A stretch of 64,000 bases of DNA from Macrostomum lignano (Eukaryota): positions 1 to 64,000 of the forward strand of contig NIVC01000572.1 in assembly GCA_002269645.1 (NCBI GenBank), in the 5' to 3' direction. This document shows positions 23,601 to 40,645 of this stretch, in pieces; position 1 is the stretch's first letter, and every line of letters starts with the position of its first letter. The notes under the pieces are model-generated. The model did not search any database. It saw nothing but the letters and a program-made list of their open reading frames with translations, and was not told the origin of the DNA. The translations under genes and the position numbers were made by a program.

Positions 23601-24954
23601 GTGACACAATCTAGACAATATGTGACACAATCTAGACAATATGTGACACAATCTAGGCAATATGTGACACAATCTAGGCAATATATGACAATCTAGACAA
23701 TATGTTACACAATCTAGGCAATATGTGACAATCTAGACAATATGTGACACAATCTAGGCAATATGTGACAATCTAGACAATATGTGACACAATCTAGGCA
23801 ATATTTGACACAATCTAGACAATATGTGACACAATCTAGGCAATATGTGACAATCTAGACAATATGTTACACAATCTAGGCAATATGTGACAATCTAGAC
23901 AATATGTGACAATCTAGACAATATGTTACACAATCTAGGCAATATGTGACAATCTAGACAACATGTGACACAATCTAGGCAATATGTGACAATCTAGACA
24001 ATATGTTACAATCTAGACAGTATGTGACAATCTAGACAATATGTGACACAATCTAGACAATATGTGACAATCTAGACAATATGTTACAATCTAGACAATA
24101 TGTTACAATCTAGACAATATGTGACACAATCTAGACAATATTTGACAAGCTAGACAATATGTTACACAATCTAGGCAATATGTGACAATCTAGACAATAT
24201 GTGACACAATCTAGACAATATTTGACAAGCTAGACAATATGTTACACAATCTAGGCAATATGTGACAATCTAGACAATATGTGACATACAAACTAAGCCA
24301 AAAATTGTTACACACAAACTAAACACAAAATGAAGAACACTAAACACGCTGAAAACACGTGCACCAACACCCAAGCTACAGAAAATGTGACCCCACAAAA
24401 ATAAAGTTAACAATTTTCAATACGCAAAGTCGCATGTCCAGCGCTAAACAAACCTGCATGTGGCAGTCAACGTCACCGCTAATTTGCACACGTTGGAATG
24501 GAATTTTCCTGATTTGCCGACCGGTAGGATCGTGCGCGGCCCAACCTGCCATGGGGGCGGAGGTGGCCGCCACAGGCTCGGGTGTTGGCGCACCCACAGA
24601 TGCAGTCAATTTGGCGGCAGCAATCTCGGCTGACCTGCCCGAGATGACAATGGGTCCCGGAGCTGCAGCTGCCACTGCATCTTCCACTGCTGAACTCTTC
24701 ATCGAATGTGCATCAACAGCTGGAGCAGCCTCCGGCGCCTCAAGAGGCCCGACGCCTGCAGCTCGATCGTGCATGATTTTGTGCTGCTCACTTTCGATCT
24801 TTTGAATTGGAAACTTGCCAATATTGAAGTCAATTTTCGAGCCGTCAGAGTTGGCATACTTGTGCATGATTTCCGATCCAAGCGATTGCAGCTGCTGCAG
24901 CTCCAGAGTTGAGTCATTGTCCAACGCTGCCGAGTCAGCTTCTTCGAGTTCCAT
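17689..24954 (-). CDS. AMPD: AMP deaminase; complement join(24954..24454,21909..21214,20779..20445,19769..19501,18986..18778,18183..17689), 834 aa
   Basis: All six exons join in frame with GT-AG sites (2505 nt). Motifs [54 protein letters not shown] and LSTDDPL. Confidence 0.97.
18217..18534 (-). mobile_element. tRNA-derived SINE, family A, copy 1 (AMPD intron 5)
   Basis: Minus head GGGGGCCGTAGCCTAGTGG...GCTCGATTCC; homologous along its length to 27820-28162. Confidence 0.8.
19035..19300. repeat. 24-26-bp minisatellite (AMPD intron 4)
   Basis: Unit TGTTGGTGTGTGTTTGTCCCAGCA(TC). Confidence 0.92.
19868..20325. repeat. 32-bp minisatellite, ~14 copies (AMPD intron 3)
   Basis: Unit CTAGGGTCAAGGTCACCGGACTAGCTCGATAT; period checked at 19921/19953. 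Confidence 0.95.
22010..22975. repeat. 21-bp minisatellite (AMPD intron 1)
   Basis: Unit TGTACTTTGGAGTCAGGCAAC. Confidence 0.95.
23575..24290. repeat. 19-21-bp minisatellite (AMPD intron 1)
   Basis: Unit CAATCTAGACAATATGTGA(CA). Confidence 0.93.
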
Positions 24955-25972
24955 TGGACTGTCTATTGTGTAGGATTTTGATGATAGAAACTGAAATCAT
25001 GCGTTAGTTTGATAGTTTGATCATTTAGTTCAATTGCAATATATATATATATATTTCTGAAGATTACAGATCAAGATAACAAGTGGATATACAATTTGAT
25101 TGACGGTAAGGCTTTGAGATAAGAAGCAGTGAGTGCGCTAGCCTTGAAATGAATGTTATTTATCTTTGAAATGAATAAAATTCTTAACATTGCAATGCTC
25201 TAGTGGTCATTTGAAGGTAACAAAAAGACTATGCAAAAAGTTTGTAATGCAACTGTAAATTGCCTTGAGATTGATTTGACAAAAACAGATTTAAGATTTT
25301 TAGGTGCTATAAAATTAGATTAAGCTTTTTTATTATTAGTCTAACTTATACCTGCTAGATAAATAATGAATTTGGTTATTATCCTACATGTTCATAATAG
25401 CAGCATAAGTTGATAAAATAAAAAACAATTAAGCTAGAAAAAAAGAAAGGCTATTTATTCTACAATTTTTTTCTTTAATCCTAACTTGCAAAAAGATTTT
25501 GTTATTTAAGTTTCCAAGTTAGTAACAATTTTTAGCTACAAGTTATAATAGCAAAGATATAGCAGATTGATATTAACTAAGATATAGAAAAGACGATATC
25601 ATTAAAATAGCATGCTAGGCCTATAGCACTAGTTGTGAAATATATCTGACATATTTCTATAGCAAAAATTTGAAAACATTATAGCCTTATTACTTGCAGC
25701 TAACTTGCACCAGTATCTTTCATTACTATTTTAGAATTTTAGAATGTGGGATCCATATCCTGAATATACATAGCATAGCATAATCATTACATAATACACA
25801 TGATATACCGGTATAAAAAAGATAATAGGAATTTGCTGTGTCAAAGTTAACTGACAAATTGCAGTTTATTTTTTTGACAGGAAAACTCTTGGGTTCTACT
25901 TCTAGTATGGGCGACGTTAGTGTAAAAAATTTTTTTCATGTTTGGTAGCGCCTAGCTATCGCTATCGCAGAG

Positions 25973-26008
25973 AAACAATAGTATATATTATAATATATAC
26001 TATTGTTT
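25973..26008. repeat. perfect 36-bp palindrome
   Basis: AAACAATAGTATATATTA|TAATATATACTATTGTTT. Confidence 0.95.
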
Positions 26009-26371
26009 ATATATATTAAGACGCAGTCGCAGAGGAGAGGCCCCACTGTCAATGAAACAATAACAAACCCGACTAAGGTCAAATGAGCTAAGTACACTCT
26101 GTAAGAAGCCTAAACTCCACTATGTATATCTGCAAAAGTAATACTTTTAAGTCCTCCGTGGCTCGGAAGTCCTGATTCTCCTGAACGGCGGCGGAAACTT
26201 TACTGCTATAAACTGCTAGAGTGCTAGCTGGCCGCGCGATATTTTAAATTTTTTTGAAATTGAATCTTTTTAATGTAAACTAATTACCTGTATAACAAAA
26301 TAACTGAAAAAAACACAAAATATTACAGTGTATAACCGCTTACACTTTTCCAAAGCTGTCATAAGTAAAAG

Positions 26372-26424
26372 CTTATCATACTTATGGAGTATTACATTAA
26401 TTAATACTCCATAAGTATGATAAG
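26372..26424. repeat. perfect 23-bp inverted repeat with 7-nt loop
   Basis: CTTATCATACTTATGGAGTATTA-cattaat-TAATACTCCATAAGTATGATAAG. Confidence 0.92.
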
Positions 26425-26662
26425 TACTCCATAAGTTTTTTCTAGGTTTAACTGTTTACTTTTATAAGAAGCTAAATTGAATATCTCTACGGAGTACGCT
26501 GGGAGGTCAATTCCAGTAAATATGGCAGTGCAGTGGCAGACGAAGTGTATACATCGATGCAACAAAATATATTCAGAAAATGTGACAGTTTTCAATGTCA
26601 GTATATGGAAACAGGATATATTTATTTTTTGTAATATTGAACTTCTAGTGCTTGACCCTCTT

Positions 26663-26870
26663 CAGTGGCGTAGCCAGGAATTTCCTACAGGGGGATACAC
26701 CAATGACCAAGGTGAATTTTCTATGGGTGGATACACCAAGGTAAAAGTGCTATGACAGAGTCACATGGTAGCATGTATAGCAACAAAGGGCAACAAAAAA
26801 GTTTTGGTCAGGCTCTTTGGGGGGTGATACATATCCCCCCTATCCTGGCCCTCCCTATGCTATGCCCTTG
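26663..26870. mobile_element. degenerate hAT-type MITE
   Basis: Left end CAGTGGCGTAGCCAGG; right end ...GCTATGCCCTTG resembles a decayed GCTACGCCACTG. Confidence 0.45.
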
Positions 26871-27819
26871 ATTAATTTCAAAATCAAAATCTTTTTAGGT
26901 CTGGAATAAGCTAGAAATGTAAAAGTATACCATTTGACCAAGCCCAACTGAGAAGATACCTAGACCATTTTTATGTAACATAAAAAAAAAATTTTATGTT
27001 CAAAACTTAGTTCAACTCTTATTAAGTTAACTTGTTTATTGTAATGTAAGGCTTTATATTATAGGATTATACATTTAGGTGATTTAGCAATATATTTTTG
27101 TATATAAGAATGCATAGGCCTAGACTATAGGCATATAGCATAGATAAGCTATTAATATAAAACATTATAAAGTATAGTGTTTTAGTAGGCCTAAATGTGT
27201 ACATGTATTTAATATAAGTATTATAATATAACAAATTAATGGCAATTATAGTTAATAATAGGACCTAGTATAGTTTATTGGATTATTATCAAGGTAGGCC
27301 TATATATCAATTTTTAATTATAGTAATAATAGTAGGCCCTTTAAAAATAGTAGGCCTATGCCTGGCTTAGCCAAAATAGGTAAATCTTTTTTATAGACTA
27401 GGCCCTATCATGGCATAGGGTCTAAATATTTTAAAACTATATTTTTTTAATATTTATATTATGTAGGCCTATAAAGTATATAAAATAGAATTCATAAAAT
27501 TTTATAAATAATAAAATAAAAAAAATTATTTTTATTTTGCTTGCATAGGGCCTAAAAATATTTTTGGCTTATATACTGCATGCTTAAGTCATAAAGAGTA
27601 AAGTTCAGCAGTGGGTTTCTCATTTATGCAATATATAGAAAAGGATAAATAGGCCTAGTTATTAATAAATATAGCTATTAGACAAGCTAGGCCCTAGTAG
27701 AAATAAGGTAGCACTTCTAATAGACTAAGGTTGATATAGTCAATAGACTTGAAAGGAAGGGGATAGAAATCTTGATGGCTTAATACAATAGACTATGGGT
27801 CACTTTTTTTTTAGAGGCA

Positions 27820-28162
27820 GGGGGGTTGTGTGCACCCTGGCGCACTTTAAGTGACATAGGCACACAACTGGCAAGAGGCATTACTGCCAATTCTGCCGAC
27901 TCCCCTGAGCAGGCATACAAGCGCGCGGATACGTTACGCAGGCACACACTCACACAGGAGTGTACAGTGGCCCTAACTTTATCAATCGTTAGGCATGTAC
28001 ACTTCACTGCGCCTTGGGAGGTTGGCTCTCAAGGCCGTTAATTGCACAAGCGAGCCAAGCCAAAATTCCAATTCAGCCCCAAATGAATGTGGCTGCACTT
28101 GGAATCGAGCCTGGGTCGCGGCACACCAGAGCAGCTGCGCTACCGCTGGGCTACGGCCCCCC
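27820..28162 (-). mobile_element. tRNA-derived SINE, family A, copy 2
   Basis: Head GGGGGCCGTAGCCCAGCGGTAG...GGCTCGATTCC; CpG-rich and little decayed. Confidence 0.8.
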
Positions 28163-28379
28163 TTCTATGGGTCACTTGGTTTTTAACTAATATGTTTAGC
28201 ATAGGGACTAAGGGGAAAGGTTTTATAGACCCTATTTTATTGAATATTTTTATTTATAATAATAACACCTAAATTATAATTTCTTTGGCTATCTAGAATA
28301 TTATGAAAATGACATTTGAATTTGAATTTCTTTTAAAAAAGTATTCAATCTAGTAGAAAATATACTATATAATAATAAT

Positions 28380-28860
28380 ATTAATTGGCAAATATGATCT
28401 TCCTTTGCATTGATTATAGCTTGACAAAAGTCAATAAGCTACTATTAACCTTTCTTTTTAAGCAGTCTTTGTTAAGGCCTTTAGCCCACTGCAATGCAGC
28501 TTTTCAAACTTCACTGTGGTTTATGATCTCCTTGGCCAAGCTAGTACTTATTGTTTTAATTCATGCTAATGTTGTTCATGTATGCCTATATTTCATTGTC
28601 TACCTTGTACTTGTTGAACATGTTTTTCTATGCCCTCATTATAAAAAGCTTTACAAAGTTGTTCTCCTAAGAGAATATATAGAGAACCCACAAAGCAGAA
28701 ACTTTTTGAAAGTGCAAATCTTTAGTAAAAAAATTCATGAACTGTTATTTCTCAAACTTCTATAAAGTTAGTTTGATTTTAAAGAAATCATTATCAAAAT
28801 TTGCAAGCTTGACCACTATTCACTGCATTAAATTGGTATTGAGCACTTGATATTTAAGGA
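28380..28860 (-). mobile_element. heavily mutated, internally deleted copy of the 2673-3729 mariner family
   Basis: Reverse complement aligns codon by codon, e.g. GCTGCATTGCAGTGGGCTAAAGGCCTTAAC vs GCTGCGTTGCAATGGGCAAGAGGCCTTGAC and TAGCTTGGCCAAGGAGATCAT vs TGGCTTGGCCAAGGGGATCAT. The segment carrying D2/D3 is deleted. Confidence 0.88.
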
Positions 28861-29570
28861 TTACCCCTTGCCTTAATTTTGTTATTAAAATGACAACAAT
28901 TTTTTACCATAGAAATATATGAGTCTATTATTGAGATTATATATGTGCCATGTCAATAATTTGCTTCTTTCTTGCTTAATTAATCTCAACTTTCTGGATA
29001 GCCACAGTATATATAAGTCCTTTAATAATAAAACATGTTTTTTAATATAATATTTAAATATTCTTTTATGAGCAACAGTTATAAGACTGATATAATATAA
29101 TCAAATTCAGTACTTATCAAAATATTATTGTCACATATTAATATATATAAATAGTATTAGAATTATTGAAATAGGGTAAAGTAAGAATTAAGAAAAGCAG
29201 AAATCAACAGTGTATGAGGTAATTTATAAGATGGTTAGTGCATGGAGTAGTTTATGAAGGAACAAATGTAAGATAGACTATGAAAAAATAAAATACCCAG
29301 CTTTTAACTAAACCTCCAGAATAATAGTACTTTTTTCAAATATTTTTTCATTAATTTAACAATTACTTCCATATTATTTAATATTTAATAATCTACAAAC
29401 TCTAACAGTTGGCTTCTTCCCCAAAATACTGCATGATTCCGCTGATTCTACCACTGTCACTGTCATTAATTGGTATAAATAAATTTGCCACTACACTGTA
29501 CTGGCTACTAACAGTAGCTCAATTGGGGATTGTTACTATTTCTACTTGGCAAACAGCAGCACCAGTTGCC

Positions 29571-30992
29571 ATGGCCTGGCGCAGCTCCGGCAGCTCTCAC
29601 GAGCAGTTGATCAGTCGGCTAGCAAAAAATGGCATCCTCCGTTCGCCAGCTGTTGAAGCCGCGATGCGTCGAGTTGATCGAGCAAATTTTGTCCTACCCG
29701 GCACGAAGGCCTACGAAGATTCGCCGCAGGGCATTGGCTACGGGGTGACCATCTCCGCTCCTCACATGCACGCCCACGCTCTCGAGGTTCTGTCGCACCA
29801 GCTGACTAAACCTGCAGCTCGGGTACTCGATGTTGGCTCCGGCTCCGGCTATTTAACCGCTTGCATGGCTGAGCTGGTTGCAGAGTCTGGCGGAAAAGTT
29901 GTCGGCATCGATCATATTGAATCTCTGGTTCGTTTGAATCTGAATTTCGTTTTTAAATATCAACTCTGCATCTTTTAGCTTACTTAAAGTAGCAATATTA
30001 GCACACTGAAGGAATTATTTACTTAGATCTGTTAAAAATGACGCAAGAAATTTTATAACTTCTGGCAGGTACGACAGTCAGTTGAAAATCTGCGAAAATC
30101 TCCGCTCACGTCGCGTCGCCTTGACGACGGCATCATCACCATGGTTACGGGTGACGGCCGATTGGGCTACCCAGAGGCCGGTCCCTACGATGCGATTCAC
30201 GTCGGCGCAGCGGCCAATCCGATTCCGCAGGTTTGAAGACAATCTGAATTGTTTATATTTTAAGGGTATAAACTGCTGTTAAATTTCTTTTTACATTGTT
30301 GAATGGCTTAGATTGCTATTATATAAAATCTTGATTGCCATTTCTAAAACATGGAGTGCCATTATCTGAAACCTGTAGTGTCATTATCTAAAATCTAGAG
30401 AGCCATTATCCAAAATCTGGAGTGCCATTATCTGAAATCTGGAGTGCCATTATCTAAAATCTGGAGTGTCATCATCTAAAACCTGTAGCGTTATTATCCA
30501 AAATCTGGAGTGCAATTATCTAAAATATGGAGTGCCATTATCTAAAACCTAGAGTGCCATTATCTAAAATCTGGAGTGCCATTATCTAAAATCTGGAGTG
30601 CCATTATCTAAAACCTGGAGTGCCATTATCTAAAATCTGGAGTGCCATTATCTAAAATCTGGAGTGGCATTATCTAAAACCTGGAGTGCCATTATCTGAA
30701 ATCTGGAGTACAAAATAGTAATGCTTATGTTCTCTTAACTCTTGCTAACAGCTATTCAAAACTGCCTCATATTTCATGTTGAAACTTTATGCAACAATTT
30801 TCAAAGGCCCTGATTGATCAGCTGAAGGCTGGCGGCAGGCTAGTTTGTCCCGAAGGTCCCGCCGGCGGCAGTCAGTCGCTAATGCAAATCGACAAACTGC
30901 CAGACGGATCGGTGAGGCGCGAGAGTCTGATGGGCGTGATATACGTGCCGCTTACGGACAAGAGGGCTCAGTGGAGCAAGGAGGACCTGTGA
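29571..30992 (+). CDS. PCMT1: protein-L-isoaspartate O-methyltransferase; join(29571..29927,30069..30230,30807..30992), 234 aa
   Basis: Motifs [48 protein letters not shown] and [12 protein letters not shown]. Both phase-0 GT-AG introns check. Confidence 0.97.
30350..30710. repeat. 22-bp minisatellite (PCMT1 intron 2)
   Basis: Unit TATCTAAAATCTGGAGTGCCAT. Confidence 0.92.
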
Positions 30993-31244
30993 CTCCCGCG
31001 TGTCCTGCGTGTTCATGCTGTGTGTTGTCAGTGTGTTCAGTCACTAATTAAACTGTCATGCTTACCTAATCACGTCATGCTGTCATATTTTCTATGATTT
31101 TCCCTTTAACAACTTGTAAATAAGGGCCAATTTGTGTGTTACAATAATATTACAGCATACTTGTAATTGCATTTAGACAGCGGGGCTCATCAATTTTTCT
31201 ATTTCCCAAACAGCTTTAACCCGAAAACCATTTTTAGAATCGTT

Positions 31245-31700
31245 AATTTCCATTCTTAGAAAGCCCTACAACCATTCTCTGAAAGTCCTAAAATCATTCT
31301 TTGAAATCGCCCTAAAACCATTCTTAGAAATCGCCCCGATACCATTCTTAGAAAGCCCTAAAACCATTCTTAGAAATTGCCCTAATTCCATTCTTAAAAA
31401 GCCCTAAAGCCATTCTTAGAAATCGTCTTAAAATAATTCTCAGAAATCGCCCTAAAACCATTCTTAGAAATCGCCCTAAAACCATTTTTAGAAATCGCCC
31501 TAATTCCATTCTTAGAAAGCCCTAAACCATTCTTAGAAATCGCCCTAATTCCATTCTTAGAAAGCCCTAAACCATTCTTAGAAATCGCCCTAATTCCATT
31601 CTTAGAAAGCCCTAAACCATTCTTAGAAATCGCCCTAATACCATTCTTAGAAAGTCTAAATGCTATTCTTTAAAAGCCGAAAACCATTCTTAGAAATCCC
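31245..31700. repeat. ~22-25-bp minisatellite downstream of PCMT1
   Basis: Unit approximately AAACCATTCTTAGAAATCGCCCTA. Confidence 0.88.
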
Positions 31701-32261
31701 TAAATTACTGGAGAGCCAGATGAGATAATATAAATTGCCCACACAATGAATGTCATTGAAGGTAACGATAAAACATTTTTGAGTGTCATTACAAACTTCT
31801 GTCAGTTATAAACTGTTCATTTATATAATGTCCTAACTAAAAAAGCTCGCATTGTAAATTTCTGATATCATTTTCCATCTACTTTCAGTAGTATGGTTTG
31901 CGCATTCACTGCTTATTTTCATCAGTCCATTCTGTTCTGGTATTTGTCTTCCTTTTTTCACTTTGAAAATTGTATGAGCAAGTTCTCATTGTATGAGCAT
32001 ACTTTGGTTAATTTATTACATATGTTATCGCGAAATAAATTTGTCTGTAACAAGCCTCTTGTCAAATATTATTCATCACCTGTACCTCGACGCTTAACAC
32101 GAAAATATTTCGTCATTTTCGTTGCTGTTATTCAATTGTTTATTTTACTCCCTAAACCTTGGAATAGTTTAGGTTTAGATAAATTTCTGCTTCAGTAGAG
32201 CAGAAAGCAGCCAGTCACTCCTCTGGTCACTCCATCATTCACTTACCTAGTCGCTCAACTG

Positions 32262-32648
32262 GTCAGTCAGTCAGTCAGTCAATCTGTCAGTCAGTCAGTC
32301 AGTCAGTCAGTCAGTCAGTCAGTCAGTGAGTCAGTAGGTCAGTCAGTCAGTCAGTTAGTCAGTCAGTCAGTCAGTCAGCCAGCCAGTAAGTCAGTCAGTC
32401 AGTCAGTCAGTCAGTCAGTCAGTCAGTCAGTCAATCTGTCAGTCAGTCAGTCAGTCAGTCAATCTGTCAGTCAGTCAGTCAGTCAGTCAGTCAGTCAGTC
32501 AGTCAGTGAGTCAGTAGGTCAGTCAGTCAGTCAGTCAGTCAGTCAGTCAGTCAGTCAGTCAGTCAGTCAATCTGTCAGTCAGTCAGTCAGTCAGTCAGTC
32601 AGTCAGTCAGCCAGTCAGTCAGTCAGTCAGTCAGTCAGCCAGCCAGTA

Positions 32649-32684
<36 letters not shown>

Positions 32685-33013
32685 AATCTGTCAGTCAGTC
32701 AGTCAGTCAGTCAGTCAGTCAGTCAGTCAGTCAGTCAGTCAGTCAGTCAGTCAGTCAGTCAGTCAGTCAGTCAGTCAGTCAGTGAGTCAGTAGGTCAGTC
32801 AGTCAGTCAGTCAGTCAGTCAGTCAGTCAGTCAGCCAGCCAGTAAGTCAGTCAGTCAGTCAGTCAGTCAGTCAGTCAGTCAGTCAGTCAATCTGTCAGTC
32901 AGTCAGTCAGTCAGTCAGTCAGTCAGTCAGTCAGTGAGTCAGTAGGTCAGTCAGTCAGTCAGTCAGTCAGTCAGTCAGTCAGTCAGTCAGTCAGTCAGTC
33001 AGTCAGTCAGGTA

Positions 33014-33049
<36 letters not shown>

Positions 33050-33229
33050 AGTCAGTCAGTCAGTCAGTCAGCCAGTCAGTCAGTCAGTCAGTCAGTCAGT
33101 CAGCCAGCCAGTAAGTCAGTCAGTCTGTCAGTCAGTCAGTAAGTCAGTCAATCTATCAGTCAGTCAGTCAGTCAGTCAGTCAGTCAGTCAGCCAGTCAGT
33201 CAGTCAGTCAGTCAGTCAGCCAGCCAGTA

Positions 33230-33265
<36 letters not shown>

Positions 33266-33553
33266 AGTCAGTCAGTCAGTCAGTCAGTCAGTCAGTCAGT
33301 GAGTCAGTCAGCCAGTCAGTCAGTCAGTCAGCCAGTCAGTCAGTCAGCCAGTCAGTCAGCCAGTCAGCCAGTCAGTCAGTCAGCCAGTCAGTCAGCCAGC
33401 CAGTCAGTCAGTCAGTCAGTCAGTCAGTCAGTCAGTCAGCCAGTCAGTCAGTCAGTCAGTCAGTCAGTCAGTCAGTCAGTCAGCTAGTCAGTCAGTCAGT
33501 CAGTCAGTCAGTCAGTCAGCCAGCCAGTCAGTCAGTGAGTCAGTCAGTCAGCT
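32262..33553. repeat. (AGTC)n microsatellite, ~1.3 kb
   Basis: Direct reading. Interruptions AATCTGTC, GTGAGTCAGTAGG and CAGCCAGTAAG recur. Confidence 0.97.
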
Positions 33554-33680
33554 AGTCTGTAACTCATTAGTGTTTATTAGTGACATTAGTGTTTATAATC
33601 TAACTATATAAGCGAAGCTCACTACTAAGCAGCAGTGCTGTCAGTACAGGTGTTGAGTATTTGCAATTGCGAGTCACACA

Positions 33681-38649
<4,969 letters not shown>

Positions 38650-38879
38650 TTACTGTACGAGCGCGGCTACAGCGGTGAATTGAGATGGCATCTGGACCCC
38701 GATTGCAACTGCTACTTGTAGTAGATAGAGACAGATCTCATCCAATCAGAAGCTCCTGACGGGTTGCATGAGAGTTCATACTCCCGTATGTCAGTACAAT
38801 GCACATCTATGCTCAGCATGAACAGCTGGTGCCGCTGCTTAAGTGTCTGTCGTCTTGGTGACTCGATCCACGATATTAA

Positions 38880-38960
38880 TTAAAAGTGGAGCGCAGCAGG
38901 CCTGGGGTCTGTCAGCGTCCAGATCTCGGCGTTGTAAAGCGGAATGGTCTTATTTGATTG
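38880..38960 (-). mobile_element. possible LINE RT-downstream fragment
   Basis: [12 protein letters not shown] resembles the LLYGxExWTL motif of RTE/CR1/L2 LINEs; very short. Confidence 0.3.
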
Positions 38961-39044
38961 CAGTTTGGAATAACAGTGCCCTCTGGCGGTCAGGTGGGCC
39001 TGGGACTGCAGGACGAGAGGCGGTTGGCAGGGCTCTCGCACCCT

Positions 39045-39084
39045 GTCTCTGTCTGTCTGTGTCTGTCTGTCTGTCTGTCTGTCA

Positions 39085-39120
<36 letters not shown>

Positions 39121-39123
39121 GAC

Positions 39124-39168
<45 letters not shown>

Positions 39169-39199
39169 GACTGTCTGTCTGTCTGTCTGTCTGTCTGTG

Positions 39200-39252
<53 letters not shown>

Positions 39253-39367
39253 GACTGTCTGTCTGTCTGTCTGTCTGACTGTCTGTCTGTCTGTCTGTCT
39301 GACTGTCTGTCTGTCTGTCTGTTTGTCTGACTGACTGTCTGTCTGTCTGACTGTCTGTCTGTCTGTG

Positions 39368-39404
<37 letters not shown>

Positions 39405-39408
39405 GATG

Positions 39409-39472
<64 letters not shown>

Positions 39473-39533
39473 GATGGTCTGTCTGTCTGTCTGTCTGTCT
39501 GTATATCTGTCCGTCTGCCTGACGGTCTGTCTG

Positions 39534-39566
<33 letters not shown>

Positions 39567-39575
39567 GCCTGTCTG
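39045..39575. repeat. (TCTG)n microsatellite
   Basis: Direct reading; reverse complement of the 37790 array unit. Confidence 0.96.
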
Positions 39576-40299
39576 CATGCGGTAGTAAACCAAATAAATC
39601 AAAAGCAGGCGAAAAATGCATTAGTATGTCCCGGTGCCTTCATACAACAAGTATGAAGTATAAATAGCGAAATAAAATTAATAACATATAAAGAACATTG
39701 ATTAATAATAATAACAATAAATCAAAATTATATTTTAATAACTTCAATCAGAAGACGTACATACTTTTGTATTGTTAGATCTAGAACAACATTTATGGGG
39801 AATGACAGACAAGATTAAAAAAGCAGTGAGAACGCGACAGTTGCACATTTCTGTTGAGTATATCGAGTGCATACTACTGGGATAGCGGCGCCATCTACTT
39901 TAAGCAAGTAGAATAGAACGCAAATTGCTGGCAAAATCATGCCATTAATTTCACACCCCGCTGACAATGCAGAACTGCGCGAACAAGAACAGTACAACTG
40001 TATAAATTTTGGTATTGTAAGCCAAGGCTCAATACAAGCTGAAATTACAACAACAGTAAAAAAACTGATTTCGTGTACAAACAGTAGAAAAACGCAGGCT
40101 CCAGTTAAAACAAAACTACGCAATTAGAAATGGTTGCCGATTATAAAAATATAAGCCGAATTTGAAATTCTAAACTTTGTAAGCTTTAATTTACTTACAT
40201 TGTTAAATTATTGAGTGTACAGAAGCTGGGGTCTCATCTTGAACTTCTTTATCTAAGGGGAGTAGTTCTGACAAGGTTAGTAGTGTAAAATTTAGGGGA

Positions 40300-40645
40300 T
40301 GTGGGGTGGCTAGGAGGCATGTACATTGAAAAGGAGTGGGGTTGCTAGGGGGGCATGTGCAATGAGGGGTTATTTGTGGGTAGGGGGAATGTACATTGAA
40401 GGGGTGTGGGGTTGCTGGGGCTGGGGGCATGTACATTGAAGTGGAGTGGGGTGGCTAGGGGCATGTAGATTGAAGTGGAGTGGGGTGGCTAGGGGGCATG
40501 TACATTGAAGTGGAGTGGGGTGGCTAGGGGCATGTACATTGAAGTGGAGTGGGGTGGCTAGGGGGCAAGTACATTGAAGTGGAGTGGGGTGACTGGGGGC
40601 AAGTACATTGAAGTGGAGTGGGGTGGCTAGGGGGCATGTACACTG
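40300..40645. repeat. ~34-35-bp G-rich minisatellite
   Basis: Unit GGGGCATGTACATTGAAGTGGAGTGGGGTGGCTAG. Confidence 0.9.

Larger units (their letters stand above)
25050..29570. other. AT-rich, CpG-poor, TpA-rich block between divergent AMPD and PCMT1
   Basis: Very few CG outside a ~25900-26250 patch and the young SINE. Repeated TAGGCC(C)TA. Contains a decayed mariner. Confidence 0.7.

Noticed and set aside
28385-28765. 126-aa hydrophobic plus-strand ORF
   Set aside because: It is the antisense of the decayed mariner copy.
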